Source: Minisyncoccota bacterium
Lineage (GTDB): Bacteria > Patescibacteriota > Minisyncoccia > Phycocordibacterales > Phycocordibacteraceae
Assembly: GCA_022842945.1 (NCBI GenBank)
Contig: JALHOO010000001.1
Location: 24,847 to 88,846 of the forward strand
Length of the DNA stretch: 64,000 nucleotides
Reading direction: 5' to 3'
The position numbers and the translations under genes were made by a program. Numbering within the stretch: position 1 is the stretch's first letter; the number at the start of each line of letters is the position of its first letter. This document shows positions 17,286 to 27,109 of this stretch, in pieces. The notes beneath the pieces are model-generated. The model was not told the DNA's origin and did no database searches. It worked only from the letters and a program-made list of their open reading frames with translations.

Positions 17286-19460
17286 ATGAAAAACGTTGCT
17301 CGCTGGACCGCCATTATCGCGCTCTTTACCATCCCGTTCCTTCCTTTATATGTAGCTGGAGAGCTATTCTTCCCGTTTATAACTGGGAAGAACTTTGCGT
17401 TCCGTATCCTTATTGAGATTGCCATAGCGAGCTACGCAGTCCTTGCCATTGTCGACAGGCGGTACCGTCCCCGCTTCTCCTGGATCCTCGTCCTGTTTAC
17501 GGCATTCGTTGCCTGGATGGCCATTGCGAACTTCCTGGGTGTGCACCCGCACAAAGCATTCTGGAGCAACTTCGAGCGTATGGATGGTTGGATAATGCTT
17601 ATCCATGTGTACGGGCTCTTCATTGTTGCAACGTCTGTACTTACGGTTGAGAAGCTTTGGAGGCGCTGGTGGATGTTCTTCCTCTCCGTGGGTGCGTTTG
17701 TATGTCTGTATGGTCTTATTCAGACCGTTGGAGGTGCTCAAATCCATCAGAGCGGTACTCGCATCGATGCGTCGTTTGGAAACGCTATCTACATGGCGGT
17801 GTACCTCATGTTCTCCATCCTTATAGCAGGATGGCTTGCGGTTACCTCAAAGGGCTGGGTACGCTACGCGCTCGCTGGATCTGCAATTCTTTCACTCCTC
17901 CTTCTCCTCTTAACCGCATCTCGCGGTCCGCTCATTGGTCTTGCGGCAGGTATTGGTGCGGCAAGCGTACTGTGGCTTGGTCTCAGTCTTCGTTCAAAGG
18001 AGACCAGGAACTCTGTTGGACTTAAGTGGGCAGCAGGAGGCCTTCTTGGACTCCTCATTCTTATCGGAGGCTTCTACCTCGTTCGCGACTCTGCGTTTGT
18101 CGAACAGACTCCAAGCCTTTCTCGTCTCTCGAGCGTGTTCACTCTGAGCGAGGAACTCGAGGTGCGCTCTACCATTTGGGGCATTGCGCTTCAGGGTGTA
18201 CAGGAAGATCCGTTAACTGGATGGGGCCAGGAAGGATTCAATCAGGTATTCAACAAGTACTACGAGCCATCTCTCTATGCTCAGGAGGCGTGGTTCGATA
18301 GGGCACACAACATGTACATCGATTGGCTCGTAGCAGGAGGTATTCCAGCGCTACTCCTATTCGTGTCACTACTCGCGCTCGCATTCTTTGCTCTTCTGCG
18401 CGCACCTGAGTACACCCGCGCAGAGCGTGCTCTCCTTATAGGAGCACTTGCTGCATACGCCGTGCAGGCACTCGTAGTGTTCGATAACCTCTTCAGCTAT
18501 GTGCCGCTCGCTATTCTGCTTGCTATGGCACATGCGTCAGCGTCCCGAACTATTCCCGCTCTTGAAGCATTGCCTGAAGTGCGCTCGGAGAACAATCGAA
18601 CAATCGTTGGTGTAGTTGCGGTACTCGTGGCGGGGGCAGCGGTATGGATGGTTAACGTGCCAAGTATTAATGCCGCAAATCATTTGGTGTATGCAGTGTC
18701 GCCCTCACAGGCAGGGATTGCAACAAACCTTGAGCTCTTCAAGATGGCGCTCAAGGACGGATCTTTCGCTAATCAGGAGATACGCGAGCAGCTCTCCATG
18801 TTTTCAAAGAGAGTTTCAGAGGAGGCAAATGTGCCAGACGAGTTAAAGTCTGCACTTGTTGCGCTTGCGATTGAAGAGATGGCTAAGGAAATAGCGTTCT
18901 CGCCAAGCGATGCTCGTTTGCGTGCTCAGTATGCACAAGCCCTTGAAACAGCAGGGAAGTCCGAAGAGAGCATTGCCGAGTTCGAGAGTGCGATCGAGCT
19001 TTCTCCAAGAAAGCAGGCTCTGTACATAACGTATGGATTTAGCCTATATAGACTTGGACGTCTTGAGGAGGCACAGGAGGCGTTTAGAATAGCGTATGAG
19101 CTCGACCCTTCTTTTGAGGAGGTTGCGATAACAAGTGCGTCTGGCTACATTCTCACGGGTAGCGTTGCCGAAGGAAAGGCACTCCTTATGGAAGCTCTTG
19201 GTACTACCACTCCGGATCACGACATACTGTTCTATGCGTACTATCAGACACAGCAGTGGAATGAACTCATTGGTGTTGCAGAGGCGCGCGTAACAGCAGA
19301 GAGCGGTTCTGCTGCTAGTAGACTGCGTCTCGCACAGGCATACGCTGTTGCCAATCGCTTTGCAGAAGCTCGTGCCGAGATTGAAGCTACGATTGCTGCT
19401 CATCCAGGGAGCCGCACGGAAGCAGAGGTTCTTCTTGCAAAGATCTTGCAAGCTCAGTAA
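17286..19460 (+). CDS. O-antigen ligase/polymerase-like (Wzy_C-type) polytopic membrane protein with C-terminal TPR repeats
   Basis: About 10 N-terminal TM helices with an LTASRGPLIGL motif. The C-terminal roughly 250 aa are TPR-like (AQYAQALETAGKSEESIAEFESAIELSP...). Confidence 0.55.
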   Translation: MKNVARWTAIIALFTIPFLPLYVAGELFFPFITGKNFAFRILIEIAIASYAVLAIVDRRYRPRFSWILVLFTAFVAWMAIANFLGVHPHKAFWSNFERMDGWIMLIHVYGLFIVATSVLTVEKLWRRWWMFFLSVGAFVCLYGLIQTVGGAQIHQSGTRIDASFGNAIYMAVYLMFSILIAGWLAVTSKGWVRYALAGSAILSLLLLLLTASRGPLIGLAAGIGAASVLWLGLSLRSKETRNSVGLKWAAGGLLGLLILIGGFYLVRDSAFVEQTPSLSRLSSVFTLSEELEVRSTIWGIALQGVQEDPLTGWGQEGFNQVFNKYYEPSLYAQEAWFDRAHNMYIDWLVAGGIPALLLFVSLLALAFFALLRAPEYTRAERALLIGALAAYAVQALVVFDNLFSYVPLAILLAMAHASASRTIPALEALPEVRSENNRTIVGVVAVLVAGAAVWMVNVPSINAANHLVYAVSPSQAGIATNLELFKMALKDGSFANQEIREQLSMFSKRVSEEANVPDELKSALVALAIEEMAKEIAFSPSDARLRAQYAQALETAGKSEESIAEFESAIELSPRKQALYITYGFSLYRLGRLEEAQEAFRIAYELDPSFEEVAITSASGYILTGSVAEGKALLMEALGTTTPDHDILFYAYYQTQQWNELIGVAEARVTAESGSAASRLRLAQAYAVANRFAEARAEIEATIAAHPGSRTEAEVLLAKILQAQ

Positions 19461-20479
19461 TGATTCTTCGCGAGCACGTACCGCTCTCTTCTCTAACAAC
19501 CCTTAAGGTTGGAGGACTCGTGCGCTATGTAGTTGAGTGCGCAAGCGAGAGTGACGTGCGCGAGGCACTTACGTTTGCACACGCACAGAACCTTCCGTGG
19601 AGTGTGCTTGGGGAAGGGAGCAATGTCCTTGCGAGAGATGAAGGATACGCGGGTGTGTTGTTGCTGATGCGCATGCAGGGGTGTGTGTTCGAGGAAACCG
19701 ATGGCTCTGTTCTTGTAACCGCTGGAGCAGGTGTTCCATGGGACGAGTTTGTGACTCTGTGTGTGGAGCGGGGTTTGTGGGGCGTTGAGAACCTTGCAGG
19801 CATCCCGGGAACCACAGGAGCCTCTCCGGTGCAGAACATTGGTGCGTACGGCACAGAAGCCTGCGACTCACTTGTTGAGGTACGTGTTCTCAATACCAAG
19901 ACTGGAGAAGTAGAACACATAGCAAACAAAGATTGCGCTTTCGGATATCGGGAAAGCAGGTTTAAGCACGACAAGACGCTCATTATCCTGTCCGTTGTTT
20001 TCAGGCTTCAAATAGAGGGCTCGCCTTCACTAGGGTATAAGGATCTTGCGGCATACGAGGCTATGAATGGAGCACTCACAACCCCCAAAGCCATAGCAGG
20101 GGCCGTACGTTCAATACGTGCACAGAAGTTCCCAGACCTCGCTACACACGGGACGGCAGGCTCGTTCTTCAAGAACCCAACTATTTCAAAAGAGAAGTAC
20201 ACAGAACTCGCTGAGAAGTTTGAAGGGCTGCCGGGATTTGCAAATGATACGGGTGTAAAGATCCCGCTCGCGTTCGTTCTCGATCGCGTGCTTAACCTCC
20301 GCGGATACACAGAAGGGAACGTATCGCTGTTTGAACGTCAGCCACTTGTGCTGGTTGCGCACACAGGAGCAACAGCGCACGAGGTTGATGTGTTTGCAAA
20401 AAGTATTGCCGAGCGTGTGCATGACGTCACAACTATTTCAGTTGAACGCGAAGTGCAACCGTTTCCATCAAAGATATGA
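19460..20479 (+). CDS. murB: UDP-N-acetylenolpyruvoylglucosamine reductase
   Basis: FAD-binding N-terminal domain LTTLKVGGLVRYVV...VLGEGSNVL and ENLAGIPGTTGASPVQNIGAYG. Confidence 0.9.
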   Translation: MILREHVPLSSLTTLKVGGLVRYVVECASESDVREALTFAHAQNLPWSVLGEGSNVLARDEGYAGVLLLMRMQGCVFEETDGSVLVTAGAGVPWDEFVTLCVERGLWGVENLAGIPGTTGASPVQNIGAYGTEACDSLVEVRVLNTKTGEVEHIANKDCAFGYRESRFKHDKTLIILSVVFRLQIEGSPSLGYKDLAAYEAMNGALTTPKAIAGAVRSIRAQKFPDLATHGTAGSFFKNPTISKEKYTELAEKFEGLPGFANDTGVKIPLAFVLDRVLNLRGYTEGNVSLFERQPLVLVAHTGATAHEVDVFAKSIAERVHDVTTISVEREVQPFPSKI

Positions 20480-20492
20480 AAACTTTTCTAAC

Positions 20493-20533
20493 AAAAAACA
20501 TTCGCAACAAATTATTTTGTTGCGAATGTTTTT
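20493..20533 (+). terminator. Intrinsic terminator after murB
   Basis: Perfect 17-bp inverted repeat AAAACATTCGCAACAAA-TTAT-TTTGTTGCGAATGTTTT followed by T. Confidence 0.65.
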
Positions 20534-20640
20534 AAAACTTATCCACACATAAAATATTTTGTTGCATTAATTATTATTTTTAACCGCATACTATTCCTTA
20601 GCACGCATCACAAAGAAATTTTTCATACGAAAAGTTTTTT

Positions 20641-20889
20641 ATGATGCGGGTCGACAATATCAGTCATAGAAATTTATCTAGACTTATGGCAGCAAAGAAG
20701 AAGGCAGCGAAGAAGGCAGCTCCAAAGCGTAAGGTCGCTAAGAAAGCAGCTCCAAAGCGCAAGCCAGCAAAGAAGGCAGCTAAGAAAGCAGCTCCAAAGC
20801 GCAAGCCAGCAAAGAAGGTTGCGAAGAAGGCTGTTAAGAAGGCAGCGAAGAAGGCTCCAGCTAAGCGGAAGGCCGCAAAGCGCAAGTAG
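20641..20889 (+). CDS. Lys/Ala-rich histone H1-like basic protein (alternative start ATG 20686)
   Basis: AKKAAPKRK(P/V)AKKAA repeats, encoded by about 42-bp tandem nucleotide repeats. Terminators flank it on both sides. Confidence 0.5.
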   Translation: MMRVDNISHRNLSRLMAAKKKAAKKAAPKRKVAKKAAPKRKPAKKAAKKAAPKRKPAKKVAKKAVKKAAKKAPAKRKAAKRK

Positions 20890-20907
20890 TTTTCAGAACT
20901 CCTTTTT

Positions 20908-20940
20908 GAGAAAACCTCCCACCGGGAGGTTTTCTCGTTT
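20908..20940 (+). terminator. Intrinsic terminator after the Lys-rich gene
   Basis: Hairpin GAGAAAACCTCCC-ACC-GGGAGGTTTTCTC followed by GTTTT. Confidence 0.65.
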
Positions 20941-21005
20941 TACGCGGGCACTGTAAGAGGAGCGCGATGTGCGGTATAGTGCCGATACCTTATATATAGA
21001 TACGT

Positions 21006-23537
21006 ATGGCTACCATCCTTGGAAAACTGTTCTCGAAGAATCAATCAGCAAGCTTTGTTAAGACAGCAGGGCCTGTTGTAGAGCAAGCTAATAAGCTCTC
21101 TGAGAGCTTTGAGGCTCTTGCGGGGAGTGAGCTCATAAGTCGCCTTGCGGCAGTACGAGAGCGGTGCAAGGGTGTGCCAACCGAGACCAATGATGTTGCT
21201 GAGGTGTTTGCGCTCGTACGTGAGGCAGCCAGACGCACGCTGAACGAACGCCATTACGACGTACAGCTTATTGGAGGGCTTGTCCTTGGAAAGGGAAAGA
21301 TTGCCGAGATGCGTACCGGAGAGGGAAAGACACTCGTTGCGACGCTTCCGGTTACCTTGTTTGCGCTTGCAGGAAAGGGTGTGCACGTTGTTACGGTTAA
21401 CGACTATCTCGCACGTCGCGACGCTGCATGGATGGGGCAGGTGTATGCAGCCCTTGGTCTTAGTGTGGGTGTAGTTACATCCGGAGGTGCCTATCTCTAC
21501 GACGCGTCACACACAGAGACGCAAGACGATGAGAAGCGTGACGAAGAAGGATCGTTCCGTGTGTTCTACGACTTCTTGCGTCCGGCTACAAAGCAGGAGG
21601 CATACAAGGCAGACATTACGTACGCAACAAACAACGAACTTGGCTTTGATTACCTGCGTGACAACACGGCGTATGACGCGGGTCAGATAGTACAGCGCGG
21701 ACAGCACTACGCTATCGTGGACGAGATCGACTCCATTCTTATTGATGAGGCACGCACACCACTCATTATCTCGGGACCTGCAGGAGACGCTGAGGGCCTC
21801 TACGAGCGCTTCGCAAGCATTGTGCGCGCCTTTGCACAGGAAGAGGACTATACGGTTGATGAGAAGCAGCGTGCGGTGCAGATAACCGAAGAAGGAATTC
21901 GAAAGGCTGAAGCAGCACTTGGTATTGAGAACCTCTATGCCGAGGGCGGCATGAAGTACGCGCACCATTTGGATACTGCCGTACGTGCAAAAGCATTGTT
22001 CCGTGGCGACAAGGAGTACGTCGTTAAGGAAAACGAGATTGTTATCGTGGACGAGTTTACCGGGCGCCTTCAGCCAGGACGCCGCTGGAGCGAAGGACTG
22101 CATCAGGCTGTTGAAGCTAAGGAAGGTGTACCTATCCAGAAGGAGACACGTACCTATGCCTCGGTTACGTTCCAGAACTTCTTCCGCATGTATACGCAAG
22201 TAGCGGGTATGACCGGAACCGGCCTCTCGTCTGAGGAGGAGTTCTTTACAGTGTATGGCCTTGAGGTTGTGCAGGTACCCACCCACCGGCCAATTGCTCG
22301 AAAGGACTATGACGACCTTATCTTCCAGAACCTGAAGGGGAAGTATGCGGCGCTCGCGAGTCATGTAAAGGAAGTACATGCGAAGGGGCAGCCGGTGCTT
22401 ATTGGTACGGTGTCTATTGAGGACAACGAGGTGGTGAGCGCAGCGCTTACTAAGGCAGGTATTCCACACGAGGTGCTGAACGCAAAGAACCACGAGCGTG
22501 AGGGAGAGATTATTGCGTCAGCGGGACGCAAGGGTGGGGTCACGGTTGCAACAAACCTTGCCGGACGCGGTGTCGACATTAAGCTTGGAGGCATCAACGC
22601 GCGTCCTGAGGACCGCGAGGAAGTGCGCTCCCTTGGAGGACTCCTTGTTATTGGTACCGAGCGTCATGAGGCACGTCGTATTGATGATCAGCTTCGCGGA
22701 CGCTCTGGTCGCCAGGGAGATCCGGGCGAGACTCGCTTCTATGTGTCGCTTGATGACAAGCTTATGCGTGTCTTTGCGTCTGACATGGTTAAGAACGTCA
22801 TGGGAACCTTCAAGATTCCTGAGGACGAGCCGATAGAGAGCTCTCTTATCACGCGTGCTCTTGAGACCGCCCAGAAGCGTATCGAAGGATTCAACTTCGA
22901 TTCTCGCAAGCAGGTGCTCTCATATGACGATGTGCTCAACACCCAGCGCCTTGCGGTATACCGCGAGCGTATGACGGCACTCCTTGGGACTGATGAGGAG
23001 ATTGAGGCTCTCGTGAAGAGCTTTATGGAAGGGAACGCAGAGGCTCTCGCTATATACGAGGCAAAGAAGGAAGAGTTCGGAGCACAAGCGCTGTCTATGC
23101 TCATGCGCCGTTTGGTTCTCCAGGTTACCGACACCTTCTGGCTTGAGCACCTTGAGTCCATGGACTACCTCCGCCGCTCGGTGTCTCTTCGTGCATACGG
23201 CCAGCGCGATCCGTTGATTGAGTACCGCAAGGAGGGTCTAGGAAGGTATAAGGCACTCCAAGAGGGTGTACGTGCTGCGGTTACGGAAGCTATTCCGCGC
23301 ATTCGTCCGGCAGACGACGCTCGCATCCGTGCAGAAGAGGAGAAGGTGCGTGCGAAGCTTGTTGCGGCAGGCGCAAACACTGACGACACAGGAGAGCCGG
23401 CACCGCCTATCAAGAACACGCAAGAATACGGACGCAACGACGAGGTAACGATACGAAAGGGAGATGAGACGCAGACCGTAAAGTACAAGAAGGCAGAGCC
23501 GCTCTTGTCCGAAGGTTGGGAGATTGTAACGAAGTAG
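21006..23537 (+). CDS. secA: Preprotein translocase ATPase SecA
   Basis: 843 aa. DEAD-like motor motifs (MRTGEGKTLVATLP, VTVNDYLARRD, VDEIDSILIDEARTPLIISG, TNLAGRGVDIKLGG, LLVIGTERHEARRIDDQLRGRSGRQGDPGETRF). Confidence 0.95.
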   Translation: MATILGKLFSKNQSASFVKTAGPVVEQANKLSESFEALAGSELISRLAAVRERCKGVPTETNDVAEVFALVREAARRTLNERHYDVQLIGGLVLGKGKIAEMRTGEGKTLVATLPVTLFALAGKGVHVVTVNDYLARRDAAWMGQVYAALGLSVGVVTSGGAYLYDASHTETQDDEKRDEEGSFRVFYDFLRPATKQEAYKADITYATNNELGFDYLRDNTAYDAGQIVQRGQHYAIVDEIDSILIDEARTPLIISGPAGDAEGLYERFASIVRAFAQEEDYTVDEKQRAVQITEEGIRKAEAALGIENLYAEGGMKYAHHLDTAVRAKALFRGDKEYVVKENEIVIVDEFTGRLQPGRRWSEGLHQAVEAKEGVPIQKETRTYASVTFQNFFRMYTQVAGMTGTGLSSEEEFFTVYGLEVVQVPTHRPIARKDYDDLIFQNLKGKYAALASHVKEVHAKGQPVLIGTVSIEDNEVVSAALTKAGIPHEVLNAKNHEREGEIIASAGRKGGVTVATNLAGRGVDIKLGGINARPEDREEVRSLGGLLVIGTERHEARRIDDQLRGRSGRQGDPGETRFYVSLDDKLMRVFASDMVKNVMGTFKIPEDEPIESSLITRALETAQKRIEGFNFDSRKQVLSYDDVLNTQRLAVYRERMTALLGTDEEIEALVKSFMEGNAEALAIYEAKKEEFGAQALSMLMRRLVLQVTDTFWLEHLESMDYLRRSVSLRAYGQRDPLIEYRKEGLGRYKALQEGVRAAVTEAIPRIRPADDARIRAEEEKVRAKLVAAGANTDDTGEPAPPIKNTQEYGRNDEVTIRKGDETQTVKYKKAEPLLSEGWEIVTK

Positions 23538-23549
23538 TTTGGAAAGATG

Positions 23550-23585
23550 AAAGACCGTCCTCGGAATCGAGGACGGTCTTTCGCG
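23550..23585 (+). terminator. Intrinsic terminator after secA
   Basis: Hairpin AAAGACCGTCCTCG-GAAT-CGAGGACGGTCTTT followed by TCG. Confidence 0.65.
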
Positions 23586-23593
23586 TTGTCGTG

Positions 23594-23622
23594 TGCAACC
23601 GTACTCGCACCATGCCTATAAT
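23594..23622 (+). promoter_or_regulatory. Candidate sigma70-like promoter for obg
   Basis: TGCAAC, a 17-nt spacer, then TATAAT (23617-23622), about 40 nt upstream of the obg ATG. Confidence 0.3.
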
Positions 23623-23660
23623 ATTAGGTAAAGTCAACGTTCTGTGGTATCCTCCTACAA

Positions 23661-24653
23661 ATGGCTTTTGTTGATGAGATGCATGTACACGCAGTAGCCG
23701 GTCACGGAGGATCGGGTGTTGTGAGGTGGCTTCATATGAAAGGACTTGAGAAGGGTGGTCCTGCAGGAGGCGACGGAGGACGCGGTGGAGACATCGTGGT
23801 TGAGGCCGTGCGTGACCTTGCGGCTCTTGCTGCATATCGCTACACCAAGCGCATCAAAGCGGAGAATGGGGGTCCTGGAGAGGGGGTGGACCGCCACGGC
23901 AAGAACGGGGAACCAGTGGTACTTCGGGTGCCTGTAGGGAGCACGGTGCGGGTGTCTTCTACGAACGATACCTTCGAGCTTCTGAAGGAAGGAGAGCGCG
24001 TGATTGTGCTTAAGGGAGGTCCTGGGGGCTATGGGAACGCGCACTACAAGGGACCCACAAACCAGAATCCAATGCAGTTTACGCCGGGCAAGAACGGCCA
24101 GACTGGGGATATCCATATCACCCTGAAGCTCATTGCAGACGCCGGGTTCATAGGCTTCCCGAACGCCGGGAAGTCCTCTCTCTTGAACGAGCTTACCCGT
24201 GCTCGCTCTCGTGTGGGTGCCTATCCGTTCACCACCCTCGACCCCCATCTCGGAGACTTCTATGGCCGCATCTTGGCTGATATTCCAGGTCTTATCGAGG
24301 GAGCCTCGGAAGGGCGAGGTCTCGGTTCTCGGTTCCTCAAGCATATAGAACGTACAAGGTTCCTTGTACATCTCGTCTCGGTTGAACAAGAAGACGTTGT
24401 TTCGGCTTATAGGGCCATACGGGACGAGCTCAGGGCGTTCGGGAACGGTCTCGACCAGAAGGACGAGCTCGTGGTGCTTACGAAGGTAGACCTTTTAACC
24501 GAGGAAGAGGCTGAAAACCTCCGGGTATCTCTTGAGAGGGAGGTGGGGAAGCCTGTGCTCGCGCTCTCCATTGCAGACGAGAATCTCGTAAAGCAGTTCT
24601 CAGATACGCTTACCAAAGAGCTCGCCAAGGCCGATTCCGTAGTAGCCGAGTAA
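23661..24653 (+). CDS. obg: GTPase Obg/CgtA
   Basis: Obg fold N-terminus with the Gly-rich region GGDGGRGGDIV, plus G1 GFPNAGKSSL, G3 DIPGLIEGA and G4 TKVD. Confidence 0.9.
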   Translation: MAFVDEMHVHAVAGHGGSGVVRWLHMKGLEKGGPAGGDGGRGGDIVVEAVRDLAALAAYRYTKRIKAENGGPGEGVDRHGKNGEPVVLRVPVGSTVRVSSTNDTFELLKEGERVIVLKGGPGGYGNAHYKGPTNQNPMQFTPGKNGQTGDIHITLKLIADAGFIGFPNAGKSSLLNELTRARSRVGAYPFTTLDPHLGDFYGRILADIPGLIEGASEGRGLGSRFLKHIERTRFLVHLVSVEQEDVVSAYRAIRDELRAFGNGLDQKDELVVLTKVDLLTEEEAENLRVSLEREVGKPVLALSIADENLVKQFSDTLTKELAKADSVVAE

Positions 24654-24678
24654 CCTCCACCCGTGCTAGCATTTTTGT

Positions 24679-26100
24679 ATGAGTGCCTACCGTCCCACCA
24701 TAGGGCTTGAGATCCATGCCGAGCTCGCTACGAGCTCGAAGATGTTCTGTGCTTGCAAGAACGAGCCTGAGGGATCTGCTCCAAACGTGCACGTGTGTCC
24801 AGTCTGTATGGCGCACCCAGGAGCGCTTCCGGTTGCGAACAAGGAGGCAGTGCGACAAGTGCTGCGCGTGGGTACGGCTCTTAAAGCGAAGCTCGCCGAC
24901 TTCACCGAGTTCGATCGCAAGAGCTACTTCTATCCCGACATTCCGAAGGGGTATCAGATCAGTCAGTTCGAACATCCACTCGTTGCAGGAGGAACTCTTG
25001 CGGGCGTTGCGGTTACGCGTGTGCACCTCGAGGAGGACACGGCGCGCTCCTCGCACACTGCGAAGGAGGGTGTGAGTCTCGTCGACTTCAATCGTGCTGG
25101 TGTGCCGCTCATGGAACTTGTCACAGAGCCGGTCATCCATGACGCAGAGACTGCAGGAGTCTTTGCACGCGAGCTCCAGCTCCTCCTTCGTACGATTGGT
25201 GCCTCACATGCAAATCTTGAGAAGGGAGAGATGCGTGTCGAAGCAAATATTTCAGTATCGAAAGATGACACGTTTGGTACAAAAGTTGAGGTGAAGAATT
25301 TGAACTCCTTCCGCTCGGTGGAGCGTGCCATCGCGTTCGAGATTGAGCGTCAGTCCAAGCTTCTGGACGAGGGAGGCGTCGTGCTCCAGGAGACACGCGG
25401 ATGGGATGAGGGAGGACAGCGTACCTTCTCACAGAGACTGAAAGAGGGTAGTGCAGACTACCGGTACTTCCCAGAGCCGGATCTGCCGAAGCTCTATCGT
25501 TCAGAGATCCCTGAGTTCTCGGATGAGGCACTTCGCGCGTCTCTTCCAGAGCTTCCATGGGAACGACGTAGCCGATACGTTTCTCTTGGACTCAAGGAAA
25601 GCGACGCGGTGTTCTTCGCAGGCTCTCATGCACGCAGTACATTTCTTGATGCGGTTATAGAGGAGCTTGGAGGAGACACCAGTCTTTTAACAACAGCCGT
25701 GAACTATCTCAGTTCTGACGTTGCAGGTTGGTATGCGAAGAGCGAGAAGGAAGAGTACGAAGGGTTTCTTCCTGCACAGCTCATAGCGCTCGTACGGCTC
25801 GTGAGCACCGGTGCTCTATCCTCGAGGGGTGCCAAGGACGTGCTACCGCATCTCCTGTCTGGGGGAGGTGATCCTGAGGAGATAGCGAAGCGTGAGGGCC
25901 TTATACAGGTCAGTGACGAAGGTGCTCTTCGTGCAGCTGTTGAAGCAGTCCTAAAGGAGCATGCTGACGTGGCTGCAGAGTACCGTGCAGGCAAAGAGTC
26001 TTCTCTCCAGTTCCTGCTGGGAATGAGCATGAAGGCCATGAAGGGGGCAGGGAACCCAGGTGTGCTGAAGGGTCTCTTGGAGGAGGCGCTCAAGGCATAG
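24679..26100 (+). CDS. gatB: Asp-tRNA(Asn)/Glu-tRNA(Gln) amidotransferase subunit B
   Basis: IGLEIHAELATSSKMFCACKNE...; the GatB N-terminus and the C-terminal GatB_Yqey region are conserved. Confidence 0.9.
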   Translation: MSAYRPTIGLEIHAELATSSKMFCACKNEPEGSAPNVHVCPVCMAHPGALPVANKEAVRQVLRVGTALKAKLADFTEFDRKSYFYPDIPKGYQISQFEHPLVAGGTLAGVAVTRVHLEEDTARSSHTAKEGVSLVDFNRAGVPLMELVTEPVIHDAETAGVFARELQLLLRTIGASHANLEKGEMRVEANISVSKDDTFGTKVEVKNLNSFRSVERAIAFEIERQSKLLDEGGVVLQETRGWDEGGQRTFSQRLKEGSADYRYFPEPDLPKLYRSEIPEFSDEALRASLPELPWERRSRYVSLGLKESDAVFFAGSHARSTFLDAVIEELGGDTSLLTTAVNYLSSDVAGWYAKSEKEEYEGFLPAQLIALVRLVSTGALSSRGAKDVLPHLLSGGGDPEEIAKREGLIQVSDEGALRAAVEAVLKEHADVAAEYRAGKESSLQFLLGMSMKAMKGAGNPGVLKGLLEEALKA

Positions 26101-26116
26101 GTCACAGCGGATTAAA

Positions 26117-26149
26117 GAACACCTCTCCATCTTTTGGAGGGGTGTTTTC
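26117..26149 (+). terminator. Probable intrinsic terminator after gatB
   Basis: Imperfect hairpin AACACCTCTCCA-TCTT-TTGGAGGGGTGTT followed by TTCA. Confidence 0.4.
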
Positions 26150-26221
26150 ATATTTACGCACTCACACTTGTCCTGTTCATAACCTCTTCGTATCGAGGCG
26201 AGAAAGCCTTATACTCAAAGC

Positions 26222-27109
26222 ATGGATGAGATAACTATTGAGGGGAAGGTATACATCTCGTCAAAGCAGGCGGCCAAAATTACTGGATATGCAAAGGATT
26301 ACGTTGGCCAGCTTTGTCGAGAAGGACGTGTTGACGCTCGTCACATAGGGCGTAATTGGTACGTTCTTGAAGATTCGATCCGTGAACATCGCTTTGGAGT
26401 ACCAGAAGAGAAGCCTGTGGAGGCTCCTAGGCAGGTAGAGAGTGCAATGAATACCGTATCTACCTGGCAGAAGCCACAGTATGCGCCTGAAGCACCTGTG
26501 TCTGTGCCAAGTCTGACTCCAAAGGCCCCTGAGGCGCCTGTGAGCACGCCTGCAATAGCAGATATGCAGTCTGCATGGAAGGAGTGGTTCGAAGAAAAGA
26601 AGCCTGTTATGGCGCTTCCAGACGGCTCAGAGGACTTTAAGGAAGAGTATTTGCCTCTCATTGTGCCTGAACCTGCTCTCGAGGAGGTTAAGGCAGAGGC
26701 TCCAGTGGAGGAACCAGAGGAAATGGTTGTTATTTCTCGCATACGCCCTGTGCCTGAAGAGGTTGCAGACGTGATTCCAGAGGAGGAAAAGGTTGAGCTA
26801 CACCGATCGTATACAACTACTACTTCTCCTCGTATGGAATACGACGATGGAATTGTAGAGGTGCCGCAGCCTGCTCACGTCACAGCGCCCGTTATAAAGG
26901 CTCCGTACCAGCCTGTTGAGGAGAAAGCATCAGCAAGTGGAGTCGTGCGCGCCCTGCTTATGGTGCTAGCTGTTGCGTCAGCAATGGTAGCGCTTATAGG
27001 AACAGGGAACGCAGATCAGCTTCTATCGGGTACTAGCCTAGACTTCGGTGCCCAGAAGGAGGTAATCGATTTTCTCGGTGGAAAGAGTACCTACGAAAGT
27101 AGCTTATAG
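26222..27109 (+). CDS. Hypothetical membrane-anchored protein with an N-terminal excisionase-like HTH (HTH_17-type) module, a Pro/Glu-rich linker and one TM helix near the C-terminus
   Basis: The N-terminus YISSKQAAKITGYAKDYVGQLCREGRVDARHIGRNWYV fits the HTH_17 pattern (..EAA..LG.S..T.YRL.R.G.LPA.KIGR.WRI). A TM helix VVRALLMVLAVASAMVALIG follows. The N-terminal module is paralogous to the N-terminus of the downstream giant gene. Confidence 0.5.
   Translation: MDEITIEGKVYISSKQAAKITGYAKDYVGQLCREGRVDARHIGRNWYVLEDSIREHRFGVPEEKPVEAPRQVESAMNTVSTWQKPQYAPEAPVSVPSLTPKAPEAPVSTPAIADMQSAWKEWFEEKKPVMALPDGSEDFKEEYLPLIVPEPALEEVKAEAPVEEPEEMVVISRIRPVPEEVADVIPEEEKVELHRSYTTTTSPRMEYDDGIVEVPQPAHVTAPVIKAPYQPVEEKASASGVVRALLMVLAVASAMVALIGTGNADQLLSGTSLDFGAQKEVIDFLGGKSTYESSL

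Noticed and set aside
21507-22493. 328-aa minus-strand ORF and several shorter ones overlapping secA
   Set aside because: They are antisense to a highly conserved SecA frame and have low-complexity, Arg/Leu-rich content typical of spurious antisense ORFs in GC-rich coding DNA.
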